In this document: in pieces, positions 9,604 to 18,414 of the stretch
How the letters are laid out: each line of letters begins with the position of its first letter
How positions within the stretch are numbered: position 1 is the stretch's first letter
Assembly (NCBI GenBank): GCA_034007295.1
Contig: JAVERC010000005.1
Span: forward strand, 69,913-133,912
Direction: 5' to 3'
DNA: 64,000 bases
Source: Desulforegulaceae bacterium
GTDB taxonomy: Bacteria > Desulfobacterota > Desulfobacteria > Desulfobacterales > JACKCP01
Translations under genes and position numbers: made by a program
Notes under the pieces: model-generated
The model's input: the letters and a program-made list of their open reading frames with translations, nothing else
What the model was told of the DNA's origin: nothing
Database searches by the model: none

Positions 9604-11772
9604 ATGCACAAGGAACTGTTTTCGCCCATAAAAATAGGAAATCTCAATGTAAAAAACAAAATTGTAATGGCACCAATGGGAAACATAAACATGGCAGACC
9701 CCATAGGAAGGCCGCTTCAGAAAATGATTTCATATTTTGAAGAAAGGGCAAAAGGAGGAACAGGTCTTATAATAAGCGGGCTTGTTCCTGTTCCATTTGG
9801 GATTGACCCGACAATTTCAGAAGAAAACAACACAACATATTTCCCAAGAATTGACGGATCATCCAGAACAAGAATGTCAGGATGGAGAGACCTTGTCTCA
9901 ACTCTTCACTCCTATGACTCAAAATTTTTTATCCAGCTCACAGCAGGACTTGGAAGGGTCGGTTCTCCTGAATGTGCATTAAAATTAAAGCTTCCAAAAT
10001 CAGCATCTTTTAACAAAAATTTTTATCTTCCGGCTATTCCACACTTTCCGTTTACTGACATGGCAATAAAAAAAATAGTAAAAAGCTTCGGCCAGAGTGC
10101 AATAAATGCCAAGGTATGCGGAGCAGACGGAATTCATCTTCACGGCCATGAAGGTTATTTAATGGATCAGCTCACATCCCTTCCCTGGAACAGAAGAAAA
10201 TTCGGAAGATACAAAAACAGATTTCAATTTGCCATAGACATTGTAAAGGAAATAAAAAATATCTGCGGAAATGACTTTCCTGTAATTTACAGAGTTGACC
10301 TTACCCAGGGACTTGAATTTACCTACGGAAAAGAAATATTCAAAAAAAGATTCATGGGAATGGAAAGGACAATTGAAGAAGGCCTTGAATTCTGTAAAGA
10401 ACTTTACAAGGCCGGAGTTGATGCCTTTGATGTTGACAAAGGATGTTATGACAACTGGTTTTTTCCCCACCCTCCTGCATATTTTAAAGATATGCCCTAC
10501 GTTGAGGAAATGGCAGGCAGCTTAAAAAAATTTTTTGAAAAGGAAAATATAAAAGCACCTGTAATTGCAGTTGGAAAACTTGGAAATCCAAAAGCTGCAT
10601 CAGATGTTTTAAAAAACAATACAGCAGACATGATAATGCTTGGAAGACCTCTTCTTGCAGACCCTTACTGGCCGGAAAAAGTAAGAACAGGAAAGGCAGA
10701 TCAGATTGTTCACTGCATTGGAGATCAGGATGCCTGTATTCAGTCTTTTATTCTTGGAGGACATCCCTGCTGCAGCATTAATCCATATGCTGGTTTTGAG
10801 GATGTAAAAATTTTAAAGCCTGCAGATAAAATAAAAAATGTTGCTGTTGTAGGAGCTGGACCCGGAGGATGTGAAGCAGCAATAACAGCAGTAAAACGAG
10901 GACATAAGGTAACCTTGTTTGAAAAAGGGAAAAATATTGGAGGACAATTTTATCTTGCCTCAAAAATGCAGATAAAACATGACGTAAAAACATATTTAAC
11001 AAATCTTGAAAACCGCCTTAAAGCACTTGAAGAACAGGGCCTTGAAATAAAATTAAACACAAAACCTTCAAAAGAAGAGCTTATTTCATCATTTGATTCA
11101 ATTATATGTGCTACCGGAGTAAAACCTTTAATTTTAAATATTAAAGGCCTGGAAAACATTAAATATACAGATTCAAGAACATTACTTGAAAAAAATCTTG
11201 AGCTTGATGAAAATCATAAAAAAATAACAATAATCGGAGGCGGAATTGTAGGATGCGAACTCGCCTGCGAAATGGGTGCAAAATACAAAGATATTGAAAT
11301 TACTGTAATTGAAATGGAAAAAGACCTTATGAAAGGAGTTGTCCAGGCAAACAGGGCAATGCTTTTATGGCTCATGATGGGACTTGGTTCAACGGACAAC
11401 TCAAAAAATCCTCTGATAAAAAATCCTGTAAAAGCTTATACATCTTCAAAAGCAGTGGAAATAACAAAAAATTCAGTCATTATTGAAGCAAACAAAAAAA
11501 GAAAAAATCCTTTCACCCCATGGCATACACTTATCCCTGAAAATATTCACAATCCTTTTGATAAAAAATTAAATATCAATAATACAGAAAAAATTGAAAT
11601 TGATACTGATTTTATAATTTTTGCAACAGGTGCATTGTCAGAAAATTCTCTTTACACAGAAATTTCAAATTCAGATTTTAAGGGAGATATTTTTACAATT
11701 GGAGATTCAAGAGAGCCTGCAAGCGGATGGCAGGCAATTAGTTCTGGAAATGATGTGGCAAGGTTTATCTGA
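9604..11772 (+). CDS. OYE-family FMN oxidoreductase fused to an FAD/NAD(P) domain (2,4-dienoyl-CoA reductase-like)
   Basis: N-terminal OYE TIM-barrel signature (HGHEGYLMDQ), central Cys cluster region and Rossmann motifs VVGAGPGG and IIGGGIVG. Confidence 0.85.
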   Translation: MHKELFSPIKIGNLNVKNKIVMAPMGNINMADPIGRPLQKMISYFEERAKGGTGLIISGLVPVPFGIDPTISEENNTTYFPRIDGSSRTRMSGWRDLVSTLHSYDSKFFIQLTAGLGRVGSPECALKLKLPKSASFNKNFYLPAIPHFPFTDMAIKKIVKSFGQSAINAKVCGADGIHLHGHEGYLMDQLTSLPWNRRKFGRYKNRFQFAIDIVKEIKNICGNDFPVIYRVDLTQGLEFTYGKEIFKKRFMGMERTIEEGLEFCKELYKAGVDAFDVDKGCYDNWFFPHPPAYFKDMPYVEEMAGSLKKFFEKENIKAPVIAVGKLGNPKAASDVLKNNTADMIMLGRPLLADPYWPEKVRTGKADQIVHCIGDQDACIQSFILGGHPCCSINPYAGFEDVKILKPADKIKNVAVVGAGPGGCEAAITAVKRGHKVTLFEKGKNIGGQFYLASKMQIKHDVKTYLTNLENRLKALEEQGLEIKLNTKPSKEELISSFDSIICATGVKPLILNIKGLENIKYTDSRTLLEKNLELDENHKKITIIGGGIVGCELACEMGAKYKDIEITVIEMEKDLMKGVVQANRAMLLWLMMGLGSTDNSKNPLIKNPVKAYTSSKAVEITKNSVIIEANKKRKNPFTPWHTLIPENIHNPFDKKLNINNTEKIEIDTDFIIFATGALSENSLYTEISNSDFKGDIFTIGDSREPASGWQAISSGNDVARFI

Positions 11773-11783
11773 TAAATCAATTT

Positions 11784-11814
11784 AAAAAAGCGGAGTTTTT
11801 ACCTCCGCTTTTTT
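11784..11814. terminator. bidirectional rho-independent terminator
   Basis: AAAAAAGCGGAG-tttttac-CTCCGCTTTTTT between convergent genes, with A-run and T-run flanks. Confidence 0.7.
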
Positions 11815-11823
11815 AATTAAGTT

Positions 11824-14007
11824 TTAGTTTGAATGTTCCATTAAATAAGCTGAAGCATCATCAACCCAATTCCAGAGCTCGCCTTGTCTTTCATTTTTAA
11901 CCTTAGTAAACTCAAGCTTTGCACTGCGGTTTGAGTCTATTACAATCCGGCTTTCTGAAGGATGAAGAATTGGAAGAAGATGAGGAAAATCAGAATTTGA
12001 AATTGAAAGTCTTATTCTGTGGCCTTTTTTAAATACTGCATGTGTAGGCCAGATTTCCATTGAATATTTATAAACCTTATTTTCTTCAATCATATTGGGA
12101 TTTTTGTCTGCATAATCATAAAAAGGATCTGCTGGATCATATCCTGGAGCAATTTCAAAAACATTATTTGGGTCATAGGGTCTGTGTGAAGCTGTAAGCC
12201 ATCCTGAAGTAATATTTCTTGCTCTCCCATCTGGCTGAACGTCATTAATTTCTGCAATCCACTGAACATCTTTTCTGTCCATTGAGTCAAAAAGAAGGTT
12301 TGCATCATATCCAAGTGCATTTTTTATGTCTTTTAGAACAGCTGAAACTGCAAGGGATGAAAGAGGCCTTTTAAAATCCGTTTTTGCATAAAAACTAAGC
12401 TTAAACGGCCCTGCAACTTCTATATCTTCATCTAAAGGCTCAGTTGTAAAGGTAAGAACACCGTCTTCATCAATTCTTTCGTCTTCCCAGGGCATGAGAA
12501 AATCTATATCAAGATTTAAAACAAGTTTTGATGCCTGGGAAACAAGAGCAGGAAGTCCCATAAGCCATCTTGAAGATGATCTGGAAATCAGACCTTTTAA
12601 ATCAAGGGGAGAATGTTCAATTAAAGGATTTGAAAGAAGCCAGGTTGTATCTGTCCAGTTAAGGGATTCCTTCATTTTGTAATTTCTGGAATAATTTGAT
12701 GCTGAAAACCAGTCGCCAAATATAAATGAAGCTTTTCTTTTTGAAAGATAAAAGGTTTTATTTTCAGTAATTTCTTCTGACGGAGGCCAGTTTTTAAGTG
12801 CTTTCCATTTTTCTTTGCCAAGAACATAGCTTAATACGCTGAACTCTTCCATAAAAGGATCGTTTTTACCTTTTATTTTCCAGTCAAACCATCTTGCAGG
12901 AAGCGACATATCCATAATTGAATTTACACCAAGCCCAAGAGAACCTCCAAGATGATACCAGGGGCCCATCACAAGAGCCTTATCTGAAATACTGTGATTT
13001 TTCAGGCCGTGCATGTAATTATTTATTGTTCCCCTTGTAAAAATATCAAACCAGCCGCCTGTCATAAAAACAGGAAGTTTTTCAGAAATCTGTTTTTTAC
13101 CCAAAGGACTGTTGTAAAGATCATTGTTAAATTCGGGAAATGCAGGAAAATCCCAGCCTTGCGGATGATCCTTGGGCCAGTAAATCATTGCAGACTTTGT
13201 TTCATAAAAATCTGTTTTTTCAGCATTTGCAATATCCATTACCCAGTGAATTGGAACATCAAGCTGGCCCAAATGCTCTTCCCATATTTGAGAAGCTTTT
13301 TGAATATCATCAAGATTTATTCCGTTTTCTCCAAGATAAAGAAGGGGTGGAAAAACAGATAAAATATCTACAAGTCCAAGCCAGAGCGGAATAAATTCTG
13401 CATTTACACTCCCTCCGTGCATAACAATATCTTTGTATGCATCTGATTTGCTTACAAGTGGAAAAAGTGCCTTTAAATGTATTGGTTCTCCATTTTCGTC
13501 AGTTTGAATCTGACCTGCTGCAAGAAGCTGTGATATTGCCATATAGGAAGGTCCAATCATACCTACCCTTCCGTCGCAAGAAGGCATGGAAGGAATAAAA
13601 TTGTCAATTATCCATGCATTGTCATAATGCTCAGAAGGCCCAAAAGATTCCCATTCTCCGTTTGAAGACCCTGTACCTCTTATATCAACGCCAACAAGGT
13701 TGTAGCCCTTTGTTACCAGACCAAGGTAAAGCATCATCATAACTTCTCTGCGATATGGTGTTGATATAACAATAGTCGGACAAGGCTGAGCATGAGTTAT
13801 TGCAGTTGCCCATAGTTCAACTGCTTCTCCAGATGAATTTGCAGGAACAGGGATTTTAAGATTAAGATCAACATTCAAATCACTTAAACCAAGCGATTGT
13901 ATTTTTTCCTGAAGCTTGTCAAAACTTGTTTCAGAAGAAACATCACAATAACCGCCTGTAAATAAAACAAAAAAGAAAAGAAAACAAATTAAGGCAATTT
14001 TTTTCAT
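11824..14007 (-). CDS. secreted CocE/NonD-family (S15 X-Pro dipeptidyl-peptidase-like) hydrolase
   Basis: Signal peptide MKKIALICFLFFFVLF and the GVDIRGTGSSNGEW motif characteristic of CocE/NonD. GGGGGAG RBS. Confidence 0.8.
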   Translation of the reverse strand: MKKIALICFLFFFVLFTGGYCDVSSETSFDKLQEKIQSLGLSDLNVDLNLKIPVPANSSGEAVELWATAITHAQPCPTIVISTPYRREVMMMLYLGLVTKGYNLVGVDIRGTGSSNGEWESFGPSEHYDNAWIIDNFIPSMPSCDGRVGMIGPSYMAISQLLAAGQIQTDENGEPIHLKALFPLVSKSDAYKDIVMHGGSVNAEFIPLWLGLVDILSVFPPLLYLGENGINLDDIQKASQIWEEHLGQLDVPIHWVMDIANAEKTDFYETKSAMIYWPKDHPQGWDFPAFPEFNNDLYNSPLGKKQISEKLPVFMTGGWFDIFTRGTINNYMHGLKNHSISDKALVMGPWYHLGGSLGLGVNSIMDMSLPARWFDWKIKGKNDPFMEEFSVLSYVLGKEKWKALKNWPPSEEITENKTFYLSKRKASFIFGDWFSASNYSRNYKMKESLNWTDTTWLLSNPLIEHSPLDLKGLISRSSSRWLMGLPALVSQASKLVLNLDIDFLMPWEDERIDEDGVLTFTTEPLDEDIEVAGPFKLSFYAKTDFKRPLSSLAVSAVLKDIKNALGYDANLLFDSMDRKDVQWIAEINDVQPDGRARNITSGWLTASHRPYDPNNVFEIAPGYDPADPFYDYADKNPNMIEENKVYKYSMEIWPTHAVFKKGHRIRLSISNSDFPHLLPILHPSESRIVIDSNRSAKLEFTKVKNERQGELWNWVDDASAYLMEHSN

Positions 14008-14048
14008 AAATTTCTCCCCCAGATTTTGCTGATTTAATGAATGTGCAT

Positions 14049-14196
14049 ATAGTGATTGACCGAAAACGAAATTTTTTGTTCAGTTTAAGTAGATTTAAAA
14101 TTTAACCTTTAGGATACATTTAGTATTTTGAGGATTAAATTTTGAATCTGACTTTAGAATGGCCCAAAAAGGCCGTTTCCGTTCAGCAACTATATA
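14049..14196 (+). repeat. repeat family 1, full-length MITE-like element (copy 1)
   Basis: atagtgattgaccgaaaacga...aaatttaacctttaggatacatttagtattttgaggattaaattttgaatctgac...ggccgtttccgttcagcaactatata. Ends form ~35-bp imperfect inverted repeats. Confidence 0.75.
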
Positions 14197-14496
14197 CAAA
14201 AATATGATCAGATCTTAAAAAATTCAGGCACTTATGTTTAAAAAACCAGGAATATGCAATTTTAAAACTCTTTGGTTAAATTTACTTTTTTATAATGTAG
14301 GATAGAAATGCAAATATATTTTTATATAATAAACACTGTTTAGTGTTATAATTATACAAACCTTATGTCAATCAATAACTCTTATTAATTATGATTAAAT
14401 TGGAAAAATAATAATAAACATTTGGTCAGAAATTAATTTTGGACAAAAAAATTTAAAAGTCTCTTAAGAATGCAAAACCAAAATTTACCAAATATT

Positions 14497-14537
14497 AACT
14501 AAAAATATAAACCCTGCAAAAATAAATTTTTGCAGGG
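14497..14537 (-). terminator. candidate terminator of the defence operon
   Basis: CCCTGCAAAAA-taaa-TTTTTGCAGGG hairpin. On the minus strand it is followed by a T-rich run and lies ~180 nt downstream of the helicase stop. Confidence 0.5.
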
Positions 14538-14632
14538 CATAAATATTTGAATTAAAAATGATTTCATTGCAAGCACACGAAAAAAAATATTCTGTTTCAT
14601 TTCAAATGACAAATTCAATCTTTAGGATACTT

Positions 14633-14702
14633 TGAAAATATCTTATTTTTCAACTGGCAGTTCAATAATTCCATTGTTTCAAATGTCTTGTCATGGGAAC
14701 GG
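14633..14702 (-). pseudogene. icd: relic fragment of icd (matches codons ~421-457 of the intact icd at 29018-29127, with a ~36-nt internal deletion)
   Basis: ttccattgtttcaaatgtcttgtcatgggaacgg vs icd ttccattgcttcaaatgtcttgtcatgggaaccg (32/34). tgaaaatatcttatttttcaactg vs tgaaaatatctcctttttcaactg (22/24). The two blocks are collinear and in the same orientation. Confidence 0.8.
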
Positions 14703-14714
14703 CTAAATATTATT

Positions 14715-17432
14715 TCACCAAGGCTCACTCAATTTATTGACAATATCACGACGGGATAAAACAGCAGAACATCTTTCCCATAAATGTGATTCAGGAGAAA
14801 CCGTACCCCTGTATTTTACAGTAAAAGCATCCTGTGCTTTTTTTCTTTCATGGATATATTCATTGACTCTTAATTTAAGCTCTTCCTCATCCTCTATCCA
14901 TTCATCATCAATTGTATCGGGAAGGCTTCCAAAAATATCATAAGTGTCTTTCAGGCGTTCAGACAATACCTTGTAAATCTTTTCATCCTGAGTTTCACAA
15001 TAAACCAGATTGAGCATATCAACAAACTTTCGGGTCTGCCCAAACCTTTTTATTCTTCCAAGTCTTTGTTCAAGCCTTGAAGGATTCCATGGAAGATCAA
15101 TATTAATCAGAGTGCCTAAGGCCTGAAGGTTTAAACCTTCACATGCAGCATCAGTTGCAACAACAAGACGTATTTCCCTTGTTTTTACTGCGTTTTTTAT
15201 TATTTCACGTTCAACATTGTTAAATTGCTCTCCAGAAAACAGTCCGCTTTTTCCTGCACCTGCATAAACTGCAATAACTTTATCATTAAAAAATTTTGCA
15301 AGCTCTTTTGCAATCCATTCAGCTGTATCATAATACTGGCTGAAAATAATACATCCATGTTCCAGCCAGGTTTTGCCTTCAGTTCTAAATTCTGTTAAAA
15401 ACCATTTAATTGTATTAAATTTGGAGTCAACAGCCTCTGGACGGCTAAGCTGATTTTCAATTTCCTTTAAACAGGCAGCTTCAGCAGGAGTCATTCCCGA
15501 AAGAATATGTTCTACCTGTTCAATTTGATCTTCATCTTCATTTGAAATTGAATGCCTGAGCATTTTTTGAGCTGTTTTAAGGCCCGATGCAAAACTGGAG
15601 CAGATTCTTTGAAGCATAAGAGATTTCATAAACCCGCCTGATTTTGTTCTTGACTGAAGCAGTTTACTGAATTTTTCAGCCTGTTCATAAGCGACTCTAA
15701 ACGGTGTATTTACAGGAATACCTAACCCAACAAACCGAGATTTATACATGGTAAGATTATTTGCAGCAGGATGGGTATTAACCCCAATTTTTTCCAAAAG
15801 GCCGTCGTCTTCAAGCTGTTTTCTTTTTCTTAATACAGTATGACGCAAAACAGGGTTATTTTTTTTGAAAAATTCTGGTGCCAGACAATCAGAAAGCCAC
15901 ATTTCCTGAATCATATATTCCAAATCTTCAAACCGGTGAGAACAAATAAAAGTGTTTGGATCTATGGAAAGTGAATTCCTTATCTCATTAATAACATAAT
16001 CTTCATCACCTGGCGGCAAAGGATTGCTCAGCCAGTACCAGGCATCTTTTTCAGAGTTTACATTTACTTTTCCAGTTACCATTGGAACAGCCTTTTCATA
16101 ATCCTGCCAGGGAGATAATGAATCTCCTAGAACAAAATCTGCACCGCTGTTTAAAATCCCCAAAAGATCCCAAAGCTCTTTTACATTAGTTTGAATTGGA
16201 GTAGCAGTTCCAAGAATAATATGCCTTGTCCTTTTTCCAATCTTCATCATAAATGCAAGCAGATTATTTGGCTCAAATGATTTACTGCCTAATCCTCCCT
16301 TTGCCCTTGCCTTATGTGCTTCATCAAGAATAATTGTACCAAAACGATTTTTCAAAAGCATGCCGGCCTCTTTTACAAACTCAGAATTTTCCCTTTGATG
16401 CATTATTAATCCGGTTGAAATAATTGCTATCTTATAAGGACATTTTTTTATTGAAGATGAATCTCCCCTTGGGGATAAAAGCTGACCTTCAACTCCAAAC
16501 CAGGCTTTTTTTTGCGAAGACCACACAGCAGTTGGAACACCAAGTTTATCCATCATTTCAATCTGCCATTGAATTGTAAGAGTTGAGGGTGCAAGAATTA
16601 ATACAGGCCCGTCTTCAAGAAGAACACTGACCAATGCACTTGCTGCCATTGAAAGTGTTTTCCCCACACCAACCTCATCTGCTAAAAGCAGTCTGGCTTT
16701 ACCGTATTTTTCCCTGTGTTCAATAAACATGGTTACAAAAGACCGCTGCCAGGGCTGCAATTGTTCTCCGCCCCGGTATATTGGAGCTTCTGCCAGAGCA
16801 GCTGCCGGAATTTCATACGGTTTTAAAACTTCTACACTAACCTCTCGACGCTGAGCAACACGGCTTATTTCTGCCAAAATTGTTTCAGGCAAAGGAACAC
16901 CGTCATTCCATAAAGACCAGAATTCTTGTTCAACCCAGTCTGCACTGTCTGCATCATCATCTTCCCAAATCAATTCATAATTATCTGAAAAAGCACTTTT
17001 TGATTCATTTACAGAACCAATAAAAGATTTTCTTTTTCCATTTGAATAATGAATAGAGCCTGCTTTTCCATGAAGAAAAAGACGCTCACGGGGTACAACC
17101 CGAATTTCCACATTGCCTGCCTGAAGTAATTTGGAAAGAATTTTATAACGCTCTTTTTTTAAAATTGATTCTGCTTCAACATCTACCTCATTCCAGCGTT
17201 CTTTCAATGCTCTGTTTCGTCCTGTTGCTACCTGAAAATCAATAAGGTCAAGTTCTGAATTGCATACAATTTTTACTTCCGGAATTTTTGCAATTTCTTC
17301 ACCAACAAGCTCAAAAATTGAACTTCTGAAATAACCTGCAATCCTGAAATATTTTGAAGCACCATCAAGAGCTTTAGCTAAAAACTCTTTATCAAGTTTT
17401 TGTGTTCTGGATGAAAAACGTTTTATGGTCAT
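14715..17432 (-). CDS. PLD-like domain / SNF2-family helicase fusion (last gene of the defence operon)
   Basis: N-terminal HKD-like LHGKAGS...FIGSVNES. Helicase motifs ADEVGVGKT (I), ILDEAHKAR (II), GTATPIQT (III), ACEGLNLQ (V) and QRLGRIKRFGQ (VI). Confidence 0.85.
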   Translation of the reverse strand: MTIKRFSSRTQKLDKEFLAKALDGASKYFRIAGYFRSSIFELVGEEIAKIPEVKIVCNSELDLIDFQVATGRNRALKERWNEVDVEAESILKKERYKILSKLLQAGNVEIRVVPRERLFLHGKAGSIHYSNGKRKSFIGSVNESKSAFSDNYELIWEDDDADSADWVEQEFWSLWNDGVPLPETILAEISRVAQRREVSVEVLKPYEIPAAALAEAPIYRGGEQLQPWQRSFVTMFIEHREKYGKARLLLADEVGVGKTLSMAASALVSVLLEDGPVLILAPSTLTIQWQIEMMDKLGVPTAVWSSQKKAWFGVEGQLLSPRGDSSSIKKCPYKIAIISTGLIMHQRENSEFVKEAGMLLKNRFGTIILDEAHKARAKGGLGSKSFEPNNLLAFMMKIGKRTRHIILGTATPIQTNVKELWDLLGILNSGADFVLGDSLSPWQDYEKAVPMVTGKVNVNSEKDAWYWLSNPLPPGDEDYVINEIRNSLSIDPNTFICSHRFEDLEYMIQEMWLSDCLAPEFFKKNNPVLRHTVLRKRKQLEDDGLLEKIGVNTHPAANNLTMYKSRFVGLGIPVNTPFRVAYEQAEKFSKLLQSRTKSGGFMKSLMLQRICSSFASGLKTAQKMLRHSISNEDEDQIEQVEHILSGMTPAEAACLKEIENQLSRPEAVDSKFNTIKWFLTEFRTEGKTWLEHGCIIFSQYYDTAEWIAKELAKFFNDKVIAVYAGAGKSGLFSGEQFNNVEREIIKNAVKTREIRLVVATDAACEGLNLQALGTLINIDLPWNPSRLEQRLGRIKRFGQTRKFVDMLNLVYCETQDEKIYKVLSERLKDTYDIFGSLPDTIDDEWIEDEEELKLRVNEYIHERKKAQDAFTVKYRGTVSPESHLWERCSAVLSRRDIVNKLSEPW

Positions 17433-17433
17433 T

Positions 17434-18414
17434 TTATCTTAATCTTAAATGAGGTCCAATATAGCCGACATATATCCGGCAAGTTTCATTATCAGGATAA
17501 AAATGCAGCCTGTAACCTGCCGACATTTTTATATGCATTTCAAAAAATTCCTGTTTTCCGCTTGGAAGCCAGAATTCTCTGTCACGACGAAGTTTAGGAT
17601 TGTCCCTGACAGTTTGCGATTCACCGCTTACTTTAAACGGCAGGCCAAGATTTTTTAAACTTTCAATTCTAAATTCTTTTATCTCATTACTTTTCCATTG
17701 CAATGCAAAATCATTTAAAACAGAAACTGATTTTTTTACCTGCTCTAAAATAGTTAAAGATCCTGACCATGAGTTTAACTGCTGCTCAGATTTTCCACAA
17801 AGGACTACCCCTGGATAATACTCTTCAAACAATAAAAGAACTTCTTTTCCAGATAAAAGAGACTGATTTCTTTTTTCAATTAGCTCAGGTAAAAATTTTT
17901 GAAATACAAAGTAATTATAAAAATTTTGAATTTCACATTTTTGCTCTTCAATTTCACCATTTTCCAAATTCATTTTAGAAATATCAACGGTCAAAGGAGA
18001 AACTGTCCACGGAGCTCTTGTACTAAAGCTCAAAATCGGCGAATCATGCCAGGCAGCAGCCGATAAAGCACTATAATCCATGCATCCATTTAAACTAACC
18101 TCAAACACATCTGCTCCCTCGTTTATATCTTCTGTATTAAAAAAAGGAGATTGAGTTGCAATGGAACGAAAAGCCCTTAGCATATCACGGTTTTTTCCTT
18201 TTAAATTTTGATCATGCCAGTTTTTCCAATAATAACCTGGTGCAAGTTCAATCAAAAACCATGATTTATCCACAGACTGATCAACAAGGATTGTTTTCAG
18301 GCCTGCATTTTTAGCTTTTATACAGATTTTAAGAAAGTCAGGGACAGCTTCTTTTGCATAATCACTATGATCAAAAGGAAGTGAATGATGATTAAATACC
18401 ATGCAGTCTGTCAT
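17434..18414 (-). CDS. hypothetical protein (326 aa), no family recognised
   Basis: ATGA start/stop overlap with the upstream ATPase gene and a 1-nt gap to the helicase start, so it is probably translated. C-terminal tail GYRLHFYPDNETCRIYVGYIGPHL. Confidence 0.6.
   Translation of the reverse strand: MTDCMVFNHHSLPFDHSDYAKEAVPDFLKICIKAKNAGLKTILVDQSVDKSWFLIELAPGYYWKNWHDQNLKGKNRDMLRAFRSIATQSPFFNTEDINEGADVFEVSLNGCMDYSALSAAAWHDSPILSFSTRAPWTVSPLTVDISKMNLENGEIEEQKCEIQNFYNYFVFQKFLPELIEKRNQSLLSGKEVLLLFEEYYPGVVLCGKSEQQLNSWSGSLTILEQVKKSVSVLNDFALQWKSNEIKEFRIESLKNLGLPFKVSGESQTVRDNPKLRRDREFWLPSGKQEFFEMHIKMSAGYRLHFYPDNETCRIYVGYIGPHLRLR

Noticed and set aside
9604-11772. Flagging the OYE reductase Fe-S motif as defective (CIGDQDAC instead of a CxxCxxxC pattern)
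   Set aside because: Four cysteines remain in the region (HC...AC...CC), and I cannot judge cluster binding without an alignment. The evidence is too weak to report as a finding.
14197-14632. Extended homology of the AT-rich tract to the icd 3' third (28164-29017)
   Set aside because: By-eye matches (for example catttcaaatgac vs catctcaaatgacc, ttcattgc) are short and not collinear with icd order. Only 14633-14702 is convincingly icd-derived.
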